Shown here in pieces: positions 1 to 9,053 of a DNA stretch of 64,000 bases; the first letter of the stretch is position 1, and each line of letters starts with the position of its first letter. Source of the DNA: a bacterium (lineage in GTDB: Bacteria; Hydrothermota; UBA3073; JACQXS01; JAQTXJ01). The notes beneath the pieces are model-generated. The model was not told the DNA's origin. It did not search any database and was given only the letters and a program-made list of their open reading frames with translations. The stretch lies in assembly GCA_028716385.1 (NCBI GenBank), contig JAQUPX010000004.1:130234-194233 (forward strand), given 5' to 3'. Made by a program: the position numbers and the translations under genes.

Positions 1-15
1 TAAGCAAATATCAAA

Positions 16-1116
16 ATGATTAAATTAATACAACCTGTAGTATCAGAGGATATAATAAAAGAAGTTGTAAAAATTCTAAAATCCGGGTTATTGGTGCAAG
101 GTAAAAACGTTGAAAAATTTGAAAAATCCGTAGCAGACTATCTGAAAGTAAAGTATGCTTTTGCCGTTAATTCGGGGACATCTGCTTTACATTTATCTTT
201 AATTGCTTTAGGAATAAAAGAAAACGATGAAGTGATAATTCCCGATTTTACATTTCCCGCAACCGGCAATGTAGTAGCTTTAACAGGAGCAAAACCTATT
301 TTAGTAGATATTGACTTAAAGACTTACAATATTGATCCTGCAAAAATAGAGAAAAGGATTACATCAAGGACAAAAGCAATTATTCCCGTCCATTTATTTG
401 GGCAACCTGCGGATATGGATGCGATATTAAAAATCGCTAAAAAGTATAATTTATACGTAATAGAAGATGCCGCCTGCGGATTGGGCGCGGAATATAAGAA
501 TAAAAAGTGTGGGACAATGGGAGATGTAAGCTGTTTTAGCTTCCACCCGCGGAAAATCATTACTACCGGGGAAGGCGGAATGATTGTTACCAACCGTGAA
601 GAAACGGCAAACAAAATAAAAGCGTTAAGAAATCATGGGATAGTGAGTAAAGATGGAAAATATAGTTTTGAATATGCAGGTTTTAATTATCGGATGACAG
701 ATTTCCAGGGAGCAATGGGATGGTTGCAGATGGAGAAAATAGAAAAAACTATTAAAGGAAGAAGGGAAGTAGCAGAATTATATGATACTGCCCTCAAAAA
801 TATTGGATTTTTGCAAGTCCCATTACAAATGAAAGCAAATAAACATATTTATCAATCTTATGTGGTGTTATTAAATGATAAGATAGACAGAACTTTTGTG
901 ATTAAAAAATTAAGGGAAAAAGAAATAGAAACAACTATTGGAACTTATGCTCTTCATTGTCAGCCGTTCTACGGGAAAAATTATGGATACAAGGAAGGTA
1001 AATTAGAGAATTCTTACAAAGCATTTAAGCAAAGCCTATGTTTACCATTGTACGAAGAACTTAAAAAAGATACTATAGAAAGCATATCAGCGTATATTAA
1101 AAAGGAAATAAAATAA
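16..1116 (+). CDS. DegT/DnrJ/EryC1/StrS-family PLP-dependent sugar aminotransferase
   Basis: The 366-aa ORF carries the family-typical N-terminal region (…VNSGTSALHLSLIALGI…, FPATGN, SFHPRKIITTGEGG). It sits in a glycan-biosynthesis context. Confidence 0.85.
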   Translation: MIKLIQPVVSEDIIKEVVKILKSGLLVQGKNVEKFEKSVADYLKVKYAFAVNSGTSALHLSLIALGIKENDEVIIPDFTFPATGNVVALTGAKPILVDIDLKTYNIDPAKIEKRITSRTKAIIPVHLFGQPADMDAILKIAKKYNLYVIEDAACGLGAEYKNKKCGTMGDVSCFSFHPRKIITTGEGGMIVTNREETANKIKALRNHGIVSKDGKYSFEYAGFNYRMTDFQGAMGWLQMEKIEKTIKGRREVAELYDTALKNIGFLQVPLQMKANKHIYQSYVVLLNDKIDRTFVIKKLREKEIETTIGTYALHCQPFYGKNYGYKEGKLENSYKAFKQSLCLPLYEELKKDTIESISAYIKKEIK

Positions 1117-1225
1117 TATAAACACATAAATCATATGGAGATAGAAAATTTGAATTAAAAGATTTTTGTGAAATTGTGAAAAATGTATCTTTTGTTTGTG
1201 AAAAGTTAGTATTTTATCGTAAAAA

Positions 1226-2197
1226 ATGATTAAGGTCGAAACGGTAAGTAAATACAATAAAGATAGAATCTATTCGTTTTTAAAATATACCAAATACAGA
1301 AAATTTAATCTTTGGCCTAATGTAACCAATGACAATATAACTGAATTTTTATTTAAAGAAGTCCATAAAATTCAAAATACAGATAAAATTTTTATTGCAA
1401 CTTTAAATGATGAGATAATCACTCTTTTATCTGTTAACAATCTATATTGGGATACACAACATTTTGGTTTTAAATGCGCTAAAATTGATTATCTTCTTAC
1501 GAATAAAAATTTAGATAATTGTATAATTGAAAAATCATTAGAACAAGTTTTAATTATGTTTCAAAGGTATTGTTTAGAATCTAATATTAAATTTGTTTCT
1601 ACCAGTATAGATAGTGGGGATATTATTACTAATCTTGCTGTACAAAGAACAGGTTTTTCTTATATACTAACTTGGATTGATGGTGTTTTTACGGATTCCA
1701 ATAAAGTTCCTGAAGTTAAGGATGATGTAGATGCTGGTATAATCAAAGCAGAAGAAATAGATTACTTTACAAAAATATCTTCTGTTAACTATTTTCAAGG
1801 TGGCAGATTTTATCTTGATAAAAACTTTGACAGGAAGTTAATAAATAAAATGTATGCAAATCTTATCAAATCCTCATATAACAGTAAGGATATTATGCTT
1901 GTTTATAGAATTAATAATCAACCTGTTGGACTTTTTATATGCAAAAAGGTTGTATCATATAAATCTTTTTCAAATTTGAAAGTTGCCCATCTTAGATATC
2001 TAGTTGTTGCCCCAGAATTTAGAAATAGAAAAGTTGCATATGATTTGTTTATAAAGACAATTGAATTTTTAAAAAATAAAAGTGATTTGATAACAACAGG
2101 GCTTGAGATACATAATTTGCCATCTCTTAATTTACATATGAAAATCGGTTTTAAGTTTAATTATACTCATAATGTCTATCATTGTTGGGTAAAATGA
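1226..2197 (+). CDS. hypothetical protein with C-terminal GNAT-like acetyltransferase motif (possible sugar N-acetyltransferase)
   Basis: The 323-aa ORF has a C-terminal 'LRYLVVAPEFRNRKVAYDLF' segment that resembles GNAT motif A. It lies directly downstream of the aminotransferase. Confidence 0.4.
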   Translation: MIKVETVSKYNKDRIYSFLKYTKYRKFNLWPNVTNDNITEFLFKEVHKIQNTDKIFIATLNDEIITLLSVNNLYWDTQHFGFKCAKIDYLLTNKNLDNCIIEKSLEQVLIMFQRYCLESNIKFVSTSIDSGDIITNLAVQRTGFSYILTWIDGVFTDSNKVPEVKDDVDAGIIKAEEIDYFTKISSVNYFQGGRFYLDKNFDRKLINKMYANLIKSSYNSKDIMLVYRINNQPVGLFICKKVVSYKSFSNLKVAHLRYLVVAPEFRNRKVAYDLFIKTIEFLKNKSDLITTGLEIHNLPSLNLHMKIGFKFNYTHNVYHCWVK

Positions 2198-2249
2198 TGT
2201 AAATGTAAAATATGTGGTGTGATTTAGAGTTTGAATAATTAAAGAGGAA

Positions 2250-2343
2250 GCAATAATTGGTGTGGATCGTAACTAAAGATATTGAGACTATATACAATTG
2301 TGGCAGGCATACCTGCAAAATTAATAAGAAAAAGAAAAATATA
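2250..2343 (+). pseudogene. decayed 3' fragment of a hexapeptide-repeat (left-handed beta-helix) sugar O-acetyltransferase
   Basis: Frame-broken translation reads AIIGV.. / ..TIVAGIPAKLIRKRKI*, the typical C-terminus of a hexapeptide acyltransferase. There is no start codon or upstream body. Confidence 0.3.
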
Positions 2344-2348
2344 AAGCG

Positions 2349-3062
2349 ATGGATATAAACTGGAAAGCGTTTTATGAAAAAGAAGCAGGTTTCAAGAGGT
2401 TTATCCCGGAGGAACAACCCGTAAACGTTAGAGGACAATTTATAAGCGAGTTGATTCCTGAAGGTGTTAATACCGTTCTTGATGTCGGTTGTGGGGATGG
2501 ATGGTTATGTAATAAATTAAGCAATAAGTATAAAGTTGCGGGTGTAGATATAGCTTTCCCGCGAGTTGCTTATGCAAAATCTCATTTTAAGAGCGAAGCA
2601 TTTTTAGTGAGTAATATTTATAATTTACCTTTCCCTGATAATTCCTACGATGCGGTTATCTGCAGCGAGACTTTAGAACATATAGAAGATTTTTCATCCG
2701 CGGTTAAAGAACTAATTCGCGTATCTAAAAAATACGTAGTTGCTACGGTTCCGAATAACCAGCCTAAAAGGACGATTTTGTGCCCGCATTGTCTACATAC
2801 TTTTTATCTGGATGGACATATTAATTCTTTTGATGAAAAAAGTTTTGCAGAAGTTTTTGGTAATTTTGGGAAAGTAATTAAGGTAAAAGATAGCACACAA
2901 ATGGGGTTATTTAATCCCAATAAAAAACATCATATAGAGTTTCCCAATTTCGTTTCACAAAATTTACATATCTGGAATTTTTTGCTTTCCCTTGGCTCAA
3001 GATTTTTTCCCATCACGGTAAGAAACGGAGATTTCCTTGGGATTGTGTGTGGAAAGAGGTAA
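2349..3062 (+). CDS. class I SAM-dependent methyltransferase
   Basis: It has the VLDVGCGDGW motif I and a Methyltransf_11-like layout. Confidence 0.8.
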   Translation: MDINWKAFYEKEAGFKRFIPEEQPVNVRGQFISELIPEGVNTVLDVGCGDGWLCNKLSNKYKVAGVDIAFPRVAYAKSHFKSEAFLVSNIYNLPFPDNSYDAVICSETLEHIEDFSSAVKELIRVSKKYVVATVPNNQPKRTILCPHCLHTFYLDGHINSFDEKSFAEVFGNFGKVIKVKDSTQMGLFNPNKKHHIEFPNFVSQNLHIWNFLLSLGSRFFPITVRNGDFLGIVCGKR

Positions 3063-3083
3063 AGATTTCAGATTTTGGAGTGC

Positions 3084-3115
3084 GCCTGTCTGCCGGTAGG
3101 CAGGGATTGGCACGG
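3084..3115. repeat. GC-rich palindromic repeat (gcctgtctgccggtaggcaggg + attggcacgg)
   Basis: This is an imperfect copy of the CCTGCCTGCCGGCAGGCAGG palindrome that recurs at 4774, 14375, 16111 and 35002. Confidence 0.6.
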
Positions 3116-3367
3116 GTAGAATAAAAAAGAAGTTTTAACAGGGATTTGAAGAGACTAGTACGAGATTGAAAATAAAAAGAAAGCGAAAATTATATTGTAA
3201 AAACGATAACAAATGATATATACGAAAAATATGGAAAAGGATTAACTAATTGTTTATTATAATCCGTGTATATTCCGCCTGAGGCGGACTAAAATTTAGT
3301 ATAGTGTTTTCTTGTAATATTTTTTATTCATAAGTATAGTAGCAAAAAAGGTAATCAATTAACTGAT

Positions 3368-4561
3368 ATGAAGAAGCGGCTAAATGAGATAATATGTCGT
3401 AAAAGGACAATAAAGTTAATACTTACAATCTTATCTAAAATCGTTAATCTTTTTCATTCCCATTCAAAAACGAAGTTTGACAGCAAACGTTTAAAAGTCT
3501 TGCATATATCTCCTATATTTTTTGATGTAAATAAGTCTTTGCAGGGAGGAGGGGAGAGGGCACCTTTTGAACTGGCAAAGACAATGGCGAGCTATTGTGA
3601 AACAAAATATATAAGTTTTGGGGAAAAATCCCAGACCTTGAGTTATGATAAATTACCTATAAAAATCTATCCATATATAGGTTTGTTTAATAACGAGAAG
3701 AATAATCCGATTAATTTCCGGTTTTTATCAGAAATAAAATGGGCAGACGTCGTGCACTGTCATCCATACTACAGCATAACTACGGCTTTTACCATACTTG
3801 TTGCAAGATTATTCGGAAAGAAAATATTTGTAACTGATTATGGCGGGTGGGTAATAAATTATAACAAAGAATTACAATTAGACAGATTGGTTGATAAGTT
3901 TCTTGTGATTTCGGAATTTGGAAAACAATTTTTTAATGAGTTTAAGACAAAAAAAGAAGTCATATACCTTGGTATAGATGAAAAAAAGTTTTATTCACTG
4001 CCAAATAAAAAACAGGATTATGTTCTTTATGTAGGCCGTATTTTACCGCATAAGGGAATAAGTTATCTTGTAGAAGCAGTGAATTCACTTAATGTAGAAC
4101 TTCATATCGTTGGCAGCGCATTGCATAAAGGGTATCTAAATTATCTTAAAAACATTGCCGATAAAGAAAGAGTTAAGTTCATAACGGATGTTCCCGATGA
4201 AGTTCTATTGAAAGAATATAACAATGCTATTGTTACGGTTTTACCTTCCGTATATAAGGATATTTACGGAAATGAGCACAAGGGGCCTGAATTGTTGGGG
4301 CTTGTTTTATTGGAATCAATGTTCTGCGAGACTCCCGTTATATGCACAAAAGTCGGGGCAATGCCTGAAATCGTTGGAGAGGGGAAAACCGGGTTTGTTG
4401 TTCCTGCGTGTGATAGTAGCTCACTTGCCGAAAAAATAGATTACTTATTAAAGCATAAGGAAATAGCAAAACAAATGGGTGCAGAAGGGAGAAAGTTTGT
4501 ATTAGAGAACTTTACTATGGATAAAGTGGCGTTGAGGTGCATAACAGAATATAGAAATTAG
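3368..4561 (+). CDS. GT4-family glycosyltransferase (Glycos_transf_1)
   Basis: The C-terminal GT-B signature is present (…LLESMFCETPVICTKVGAMPEIVGEGKTGFVV…). Confidence 0.8.
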   Translation: MKKRLNEIICRKRTIKLILTILSKIVNLFHSHSKTKFDSKRLKVLHISPIFFDVNKSLQGGGERAPFELAKTMASYCETKYISFGEKSQTLSYDKLPIKIYPYIGLFNNEKNNPINFRFLSEIKWADVVHCHPYYSITTAFTILVARLFGKKIFVTDYGGWVINYNKELQLDRLVDKFLVISEFGKQFFNEFKTKKEVIYLGIDEKKFYSLPNKKQDYVLYVGRILPHKGISYLVEAVNSLNVELHIVGSALHKGYLNYLKNIADKERVKFITDVPDEVLLKEYNNAIVTVLPSVYKDIYGNEHKGPELLGLVLLESMFCETPVICTKVGAMPEIVGEGKTGFVVPACDSSSLAEKIDYLLKHKEIAKQMGAEGRKFVLENFTMDKVALRCITEYRN

Positions 4562-4600
4562 GGTATTAGGTTATTATAAGAGTAAAAAAAAGATTAAAAG

Positions 4601-4920
4601 ATTACAGAATGAAACCACAAAAACGAATACAAAAAGAATTATTGCCACGGATAACAGACACAGATTTCCACGGATTAACAAAAAAAAACAAAAAAAGTAT
4701 AACCAAAAGAGTTTATGAGATTACAGATAGAAAAGAAAAACCAGAAAGAATTATTGCCACGGATAACAGACACGCCTGCCTGCCGGCAAGGCAGGGATTT
4801 CCACGGATTAACAAAAAAAAACAAAAAGAGTATAACCAAAAGAGTTTATGAGATTACAGATAGAAAAGAAAAACCAGAAAGAATTATTGCCACGGATAAC
4901 AGACACAGATTTCCACGGAT
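4601..4920 (+). repeat. tandem repeat, about 2.7 units of 112 bp, purine-rich, each unit containing GCCACGGATAACAGACAC…ATTTCCACGGATT
   Basis: Motif starts fall at 4644, 4756 and 4889 (periods 112 and 133). Unit 2 carries a 23-nt GC palindrome insertion at 4774-4796 that units 1 and 3 lack. Confidence 0.85.
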
Positions 4921-4937
4921 AAAATAAAATATTAAAA

Positions 4938-5300
4938 ATGCTATTATACGAAGAAATTACCGAAAAGATAATAAAAGCTTTTTATGAAGTCCATAATGAA
5001 CTAGGGAATGGGTTTTTAGAAAATGTTTATGAAAACGCTTTAATGATAGTATTAAAACAGTATAATCTAAAAGTAGAACAACAAAAAGATATAAATGTGT
5101 ATTTTAGGGATGTTTTGGTAGGTAAATATCGTTCGGATATAATAGTGGAAGATAAGATAATCCTTGAAATTAAATCCGTTTCAAGAATTACAAAAGAATT
5201 CGAAGCACAGTTAATAAATTACTTAAAAGCTACGAATATGAAAATCGGGTTAATATTAAACTTTGGTGATAAAGCAGAGTTTAAAAGGCTGGTATTCTAA
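4938..5300 (+). CDS. GxxExxY-family protein (PD-(D/E)XK nuclease superfamily)
   Basis: The 120-aa ORF contains GFLENVYENAL, which is the GxxExxY signature. It is flanked by the repeat copies described in the findings. Confidence 0.75.
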   Translation: MLLYEEITEKIIKAFYEVHNELGNGFLENVYENALMIVLKQYNLKVEQQKDINVYFRDVLVGKYRSDIIVEDKIILEIKSVSRITKEFEAQLINYLKATNMKIGLILNFGDKAEFKRLVF

Positions 5301-5331
5301 TCCGTGTGTATCCGTGTCTGTTATCCGTGGC
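5301..5331 (-). repeat. inverted copy of the GCCACGGATAACAGACACGGAT…CACGGA element
   Basis: The reverse complement of 5301-5331 is gccacggataacagacacggatacacacgga, which matches the copy at 8352-8388 and the tandem units upstream. Confidence 0.8.
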
Positions 5332-5356
5332 TAATTTTTTGTTGCTATAATTAAAA

Positions 5357-6586
5357 ATGAAAATACTGGCTATTTCTAATTTTTATCCTCCATATTATAT
5401 GGGGGGGTATGAGTTGCGGGCGCAGAATATTCTTAACGGGTTGAAAAGACGTGGACATAAAGTTTTCGTATTAACAAGCACATACGGAATAAATAAAATT
5501 TCTATAAAAGAAAATGTGTATAGAATTTTTAATTATAAACATAAATTTCCTATTTCGTTTATGGAAACGCTTCTTGAAGAAATAAAAGAAACTAGGGAGT
5601 TTAAAAAAGTGATAAAGAAATTACAACCTGATTTGATTTATGTTTTTAATATGAGGTTTATGAGTAAATCTTTACTTAAAAAAGCTTATTCGCTGAAAAT
5701 TCCTGTAGTATATGATATCGGGGATTACTGGCTTATAGATAATAGTTTGTGGGGAAAATGGCTTGATTTTTGGCAATATTCGCCCCGTTTTTTTATTACA
5801 CGGTTTATAAAATTAAAATTGTCCGGGGTAGTTAAAAGACTAAATATAACTCCACTGCTGCCCGTAGATGTGATTCCTTTTGATAAAAAGTACATATATT
5901 TTGTTAGTGAGTTTGTTAAGAATGTTCATATAAAAAAGGGGTTGGGAGTAAAAGATGCTTCTGTTTTTCATCACGGCTTAAATATGGGGTCGATAGTTGT
6001 TAGAGAAAACAAAGGATTTGTAAGTTTACCATTGAAATTATTATATGTAGGAGCAGTGATACATAACAAAGGAGTTCATACTATTGTTGATGCTCTGTCT
6101 ATTTTAAAACAAAAAGGATATGACTGCCATTTGACTATAGTTGGGGGAATTTTTGATACAGAGTATCTCAACAAAATAAAACTTTTGATAGGAGAAGAGA
6201 ATTTGCCTGTAACATTTTTAGGGCAATATCCGCATAACAAAGTTTTGCGTATGTATAAAGATTATGATATTCTAGTGTTTTCCAGTATATGGGATGAACC
6301 GTTCGGAAGAGTAATTGTTGAAGCAATGGCTGCCGGATTGGTTGTATTGGCAACCGCAACAGGTGGAAGTATGGAAGTCTTGAATGACGGAGAAAACTGT
6401 ATTCTATTTGAACCGGGGAATTCCGAAGATTTGGCAAATAAAATAGAAATCTTAAGAAAGAAACCTGAATTATGCGAGAGACTTAGTTCTAACGGTAAAG
6501 AATTTGCTAAAGATTTTGATAAGAAAAATGACATAAAGAAAATTGAAGATTATCTGTATGGGGTAGTAAAAAACTACAAAGCATAA
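5357..6586 (+). CDS. GT4-family glycosyltransferase
   Basis: It has the EAMAAGLVVLATATGGSMEVL…GENCILFEPGN (E-x7-E) GT4 C-terminal motif. Confidence 0.8.
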   Translation: MKILAISNFYPPYYMGGYELRAQNILNGLKRRGHKVFVLTSTYGINKISIKENVYRIFNYKHKFPISFMETLLEEIKETREFKKVIKKLQPDLIYVFNMRFMSKSLLKKAYSLKIPVVYDIGDYWLIDNSLWGKWLDFWQYSPRFFITRFIKLKLSGVVKRLNITPLLPVDVIPFDKKYIYFVSEFVKNVHIKKGLGVKDASVFHHGLNMGSIVVRENKGFVSLPLKLLYVGAVIHNKGVHTIVDALSILKQKGYDCHLTIVGGIFDTEYLNKIKLLIGEENLPVTFLGQYPHNKVLRMYKDYDILVFSSIWDEPFGRVIVEAMAAGLVVLATATGGSMEVLNDGENCILFEPGNSEDLANKIEILRKKPELCERLSSNGKEFAKDFDKKNDIKKIEDYLYGVVKNYKA

Positions 6587-6746
6587 AGTAGAGAGTAGAC
6601 AGTATATAGGAAAAGAAAAATAAACAGTATATTTATGGTGTCAGATTAGAAGATTAAAACCAATGGATTCCAATGAAATTAGGATAAGGATAAGAATTTT
6701 CTAAAAAACTTGACTTCTGGTAAGTATAGTATACAAATTAAAGTAA

Positions 6747-7520
6747 ATGAAAAGGGAAAAGAAAGAAGATAAATTTTTGCTTGAAGAGATGACGTGGGAA
6801 GAAGCAGGGCAAAAATTTAAATCAACGGATATGGTTATATTGCCCGTAGGAAGCACGGAACAGCACAGTCTTCATTTGCCCGTATCCACGGATTCTTTTG
6901 ATGCGTACTGGCTTTCTCAGGAAGTTGCGAAAAGGGTCAAATCTCCAAAACCTATCGTATTACCTCCTGTAAATTATGGTGTTTCGTATCATCATCTTGC
7001 TTTCCCGGGTACTGTATCAATTTCACCTGATACGCTTTCAGCAATTGTATATGAGATAGGATGTTCTCTTGTCGGTTATGGAGTAAAGAAAATACTTGTT
7101 ATAAACGGGCACGGTGGAAACAAAGCGGCTATTGTATGTGCGGCGCAGAAACTTAATTATGAAAAAGATATTAGAGTATTTATAGATTCGGGGGAAATAA
7201 CTTCCAAAGAAGTAAACGAGATAATAAAGACACCCGATGATACACATTCCGGGGAATACGAAACGTCTACTTCATTAGCCAACAGGGAACATTTAGTTCA
7301 TAAAAATAAAATTAAGAAAACTAAATTGAATTTTCCGAGTTCATATTTAAGGTTTGACGACATACATTATGTGCCGTGGGTATTTAAGACTGAAGAAATA
7401 TCGGTGACAGGTGCAATAGGAGACCCAACGAAAGCATCCAAAGAAAAAGGGAAAAAAATATGGGCGGTTCGGATTGAGCATCTTGTTAAATTTATTGAAC
7501 AGGTAAAAGGATTAAAATAA
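6747..7520 (+). CDS. creatininase-family amidohydrolase
   Basis: The N-terminal '…MVILPVGSTEQHSLHLP…' metal-binding signature of creatinine amidohydrolase-like proteins is present. Confidence 0.7.
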   Translation: MKREKKEDKFLLEEMTWEEAGQKFKSTDMVILPVGSTEQHSLHLPVSTDSFDAYWLSQEVAKRVKSPKPIVLPPVNYGVSYHHLAFPGTVSISPDTLSAIVYEIGCSLVGYGVKKILVINGHGGNKAAIVCAAQKLNYEKDIRVFIDSGEITSKEVNEIIKTPDDTHSGEYETSTSLANREHLVHKNKIKKTKLNFPSSYLRFDDIHYVPWVFKTEEISVTGAIGDPTKASKEKGKKIWAVRIEHLVKFIEQVKGLK

Positions 7521-7533
7521 AAGGAGGGTAATT

Positions 7534-8286
7534 ATGTCAGGACATTCAAAATGGTCTACGATAAAACGCAAAAAGGGGAAAGCAGATGCGCAAAAAGGGG
7601 TATTATTTACAAAACTCATTAAAGAAATTACTCTTGCGGCTAAAGAAGGCGGTGGAAATCCGGATATGAATCCGAAACTCAGAACGGCTCTTGATGTTGC
7701 CAAATCTGCCGGTATGCCCAAAGATAATACGGAAAGAGCGATTAAAAGAGGAACAGGTGAGTTAGAGGGTGTTAGTTATGAAGCGTTGAACTATGAGGGG
7801 TATGGTCCGGCAGGAGTCGCAGTGCTTGTTGAGACGGTTACGGACAGCAAAAACAGAACTACATCGGAAATAAGGCATATATTTGCGCAACATGGCGGAA
7901 ATCTTGGTTCAAACGGATGTGTAGCGTGGCAGTTCGTAGATAAAGGGCATATATTTATAGATAGTACGGAAGCAACGGAAGAAAAATTAATAGATGTTTG
8001 CATTGAGAGTGGCGGAGACGATGTTAGTCTTGAAGAGGATACATTTGTCGTTACTACACCTATTGATAAGTTTGAGACGGTAAAAGCGGCTTTAACCAAA
8101 GAGAATATAAAATATAAAGAAGCAGAAATTACTAAAATAGCACAGACGACTATAAGAGTGGAAAGCGCAAAAGTAGCGGAACAAATATTGAAACTTATGG
8201 ATGAGCTTGAAGCACAGGAAGACGTGCAAAAAGCTTATGCCAATTTTGATATACCTGATGAATTTTTGGCAGCACACCAGGGATAG
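7534..8286 (+). CDS. yebC: YebC/PmpR-family transcriptional regulator
   Basis: It begins MSGHSKWSTIKRKKGKADAQKG… and has an AAGGAGG Shine-Dalgarno 6 nt upstream. Confidence 0.9.
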   Translation: MSGHSKWSTIKRKKGKADAQKGVLFTKLIKEITLAAKEGGGNPDMNPKLRTALDVAKSAGMPKDNTERAIKRGTGELEGVSYEALNYEGYGPAGVAVLVETVTDSKNRTTSEIRHIFAQHGGNLGSNGCVAWQFVDKGHIFIDSTEATEEKLIDVCIESGGDDVSLEEDTFVVTTPIDKFETVKAALTKENIKYKEAEITKIAQTTIRVESAKVAEQILKLMDELEAQEDVQKAYANFDIPDEFLAAHQG

Positions 8287-8348
8287 TCGGGAATAGGTAA
8301 CAGTTAATAGTTTGCAGGTTAAAAAACAACAGACAATAGAAAAAAATT

Positions 8349-8388
8349 TTGCCACGGATAACAGACACGGATTAGCACGGATTTCGTA
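8349..8388 (+). repeat. solitary copy of the GCCACGGATAACAGACACGGATTAGCACGGATTTCG repeat
   Basis: It matches the tandem units at 4601-4920 and the inverted copy at 5301-5331. Confidence 0.75.
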
Positions 8389-8413
8389 AAAGATTCAGGG
8401 TTATAAGAACAAA

Positions 8414-8899
8414 ATGAGGATTATAGGTATAGATACGGGATTAAAGACCACAGGTTACGCAATCATAGAAACCAATAAAATTCTGAAGTGTGGGATATGC
8501 GAAACTACGGAAAAAATGTCCTTAGCTGAGCGACTGAAAGTTCTTTATGATAAGATGAAAGCGGTAATGCAGGAGTATTCCCCTGAAATAGCCGTATACG
8601 AAACTGTTTTCTACAAGCAGAATTTTGGAACTTTTAGTAAACTTTCGCATGCGAGGGGAGTTCTTTTGCTGGCGGCTGCGGATATGGGAATAAAAATAAA
8701 AGAATATTCGCCTGCGGAAATAAAAATGGCAGTAACCGGTAACGGCAGGGCGTCAAAAGACCAGATACATAGTATGGTAGAAAGATTAACGGGTGTAAAA
8801 ATATTGCCTTCACTGGATGTCGGGGATGCGCTCGCTTGCGCTTTATGTTATAGAATGCGAGAAGAGAATTCAAGAATATTTTTTTCAAGGATAAAATAA
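8414..8899 (+). CDS. ruvC: crossover junction endodeoxyribonuclease RuvC
   Basis: It begins MRIIGIDTGLKTTGYAIIE… and shows the classic yebC-ruvC-ruvA synteny. Confidence 0.9.
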   Translation: MRIIGIDTGLKTTGYAIIETNKILKCGICETTEKMSLAERLKVLYDKMKAVMQEYSPEIAVYETVFYKQNFGTFSKLSHARGVLLLAAADMGIKIKEYSPAEIKMAVTGNGRASKDQIHSMVERLTGVKILPSLDVGDALACALCYRMREENSRIFFSRIK

Positions 8900-9053
8900 A
8901 ACATTAATGCTGAATTATGAATGCTAAATTAAAAGAAGACAGAGAGGACCTGATAAATCAAGTCCCTACAAAAAATAAAATACTAAATATTAAAGAAAGA
9001 GAATTGATGGTGAGTAATTTTCAGGGAATACTATTAACCGGGAGAGAAGATAG

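Noticed and set aside
3084-3115. GC palindromes as intrinsic terminators (several lie just after gene ends, for example after the methyltransferase and after the LptD-like gene).
   Set aside because: None is followed by a U-tract on either strand. Copies also occur mid-spacer and inside a pseudo-tRNA, so they behave as repeats rather than canonical Rho-independent terminators.
4601-4920. A possible CRISPR array.
   Set aside because: There are only ~2.7 units of ~112 bp with no unique spacers (whole units are near-identical) and no cas genes nearby. It is an ordinary tandem repeat.
4609-4927. ORF-track entries 4609..4851 (80 aa) and 4715..4927 (70 aa).
   Set aside because: They are translations of the 112-bp tandem repeat (highly basic, near-identical internal repeats) and are not genes.
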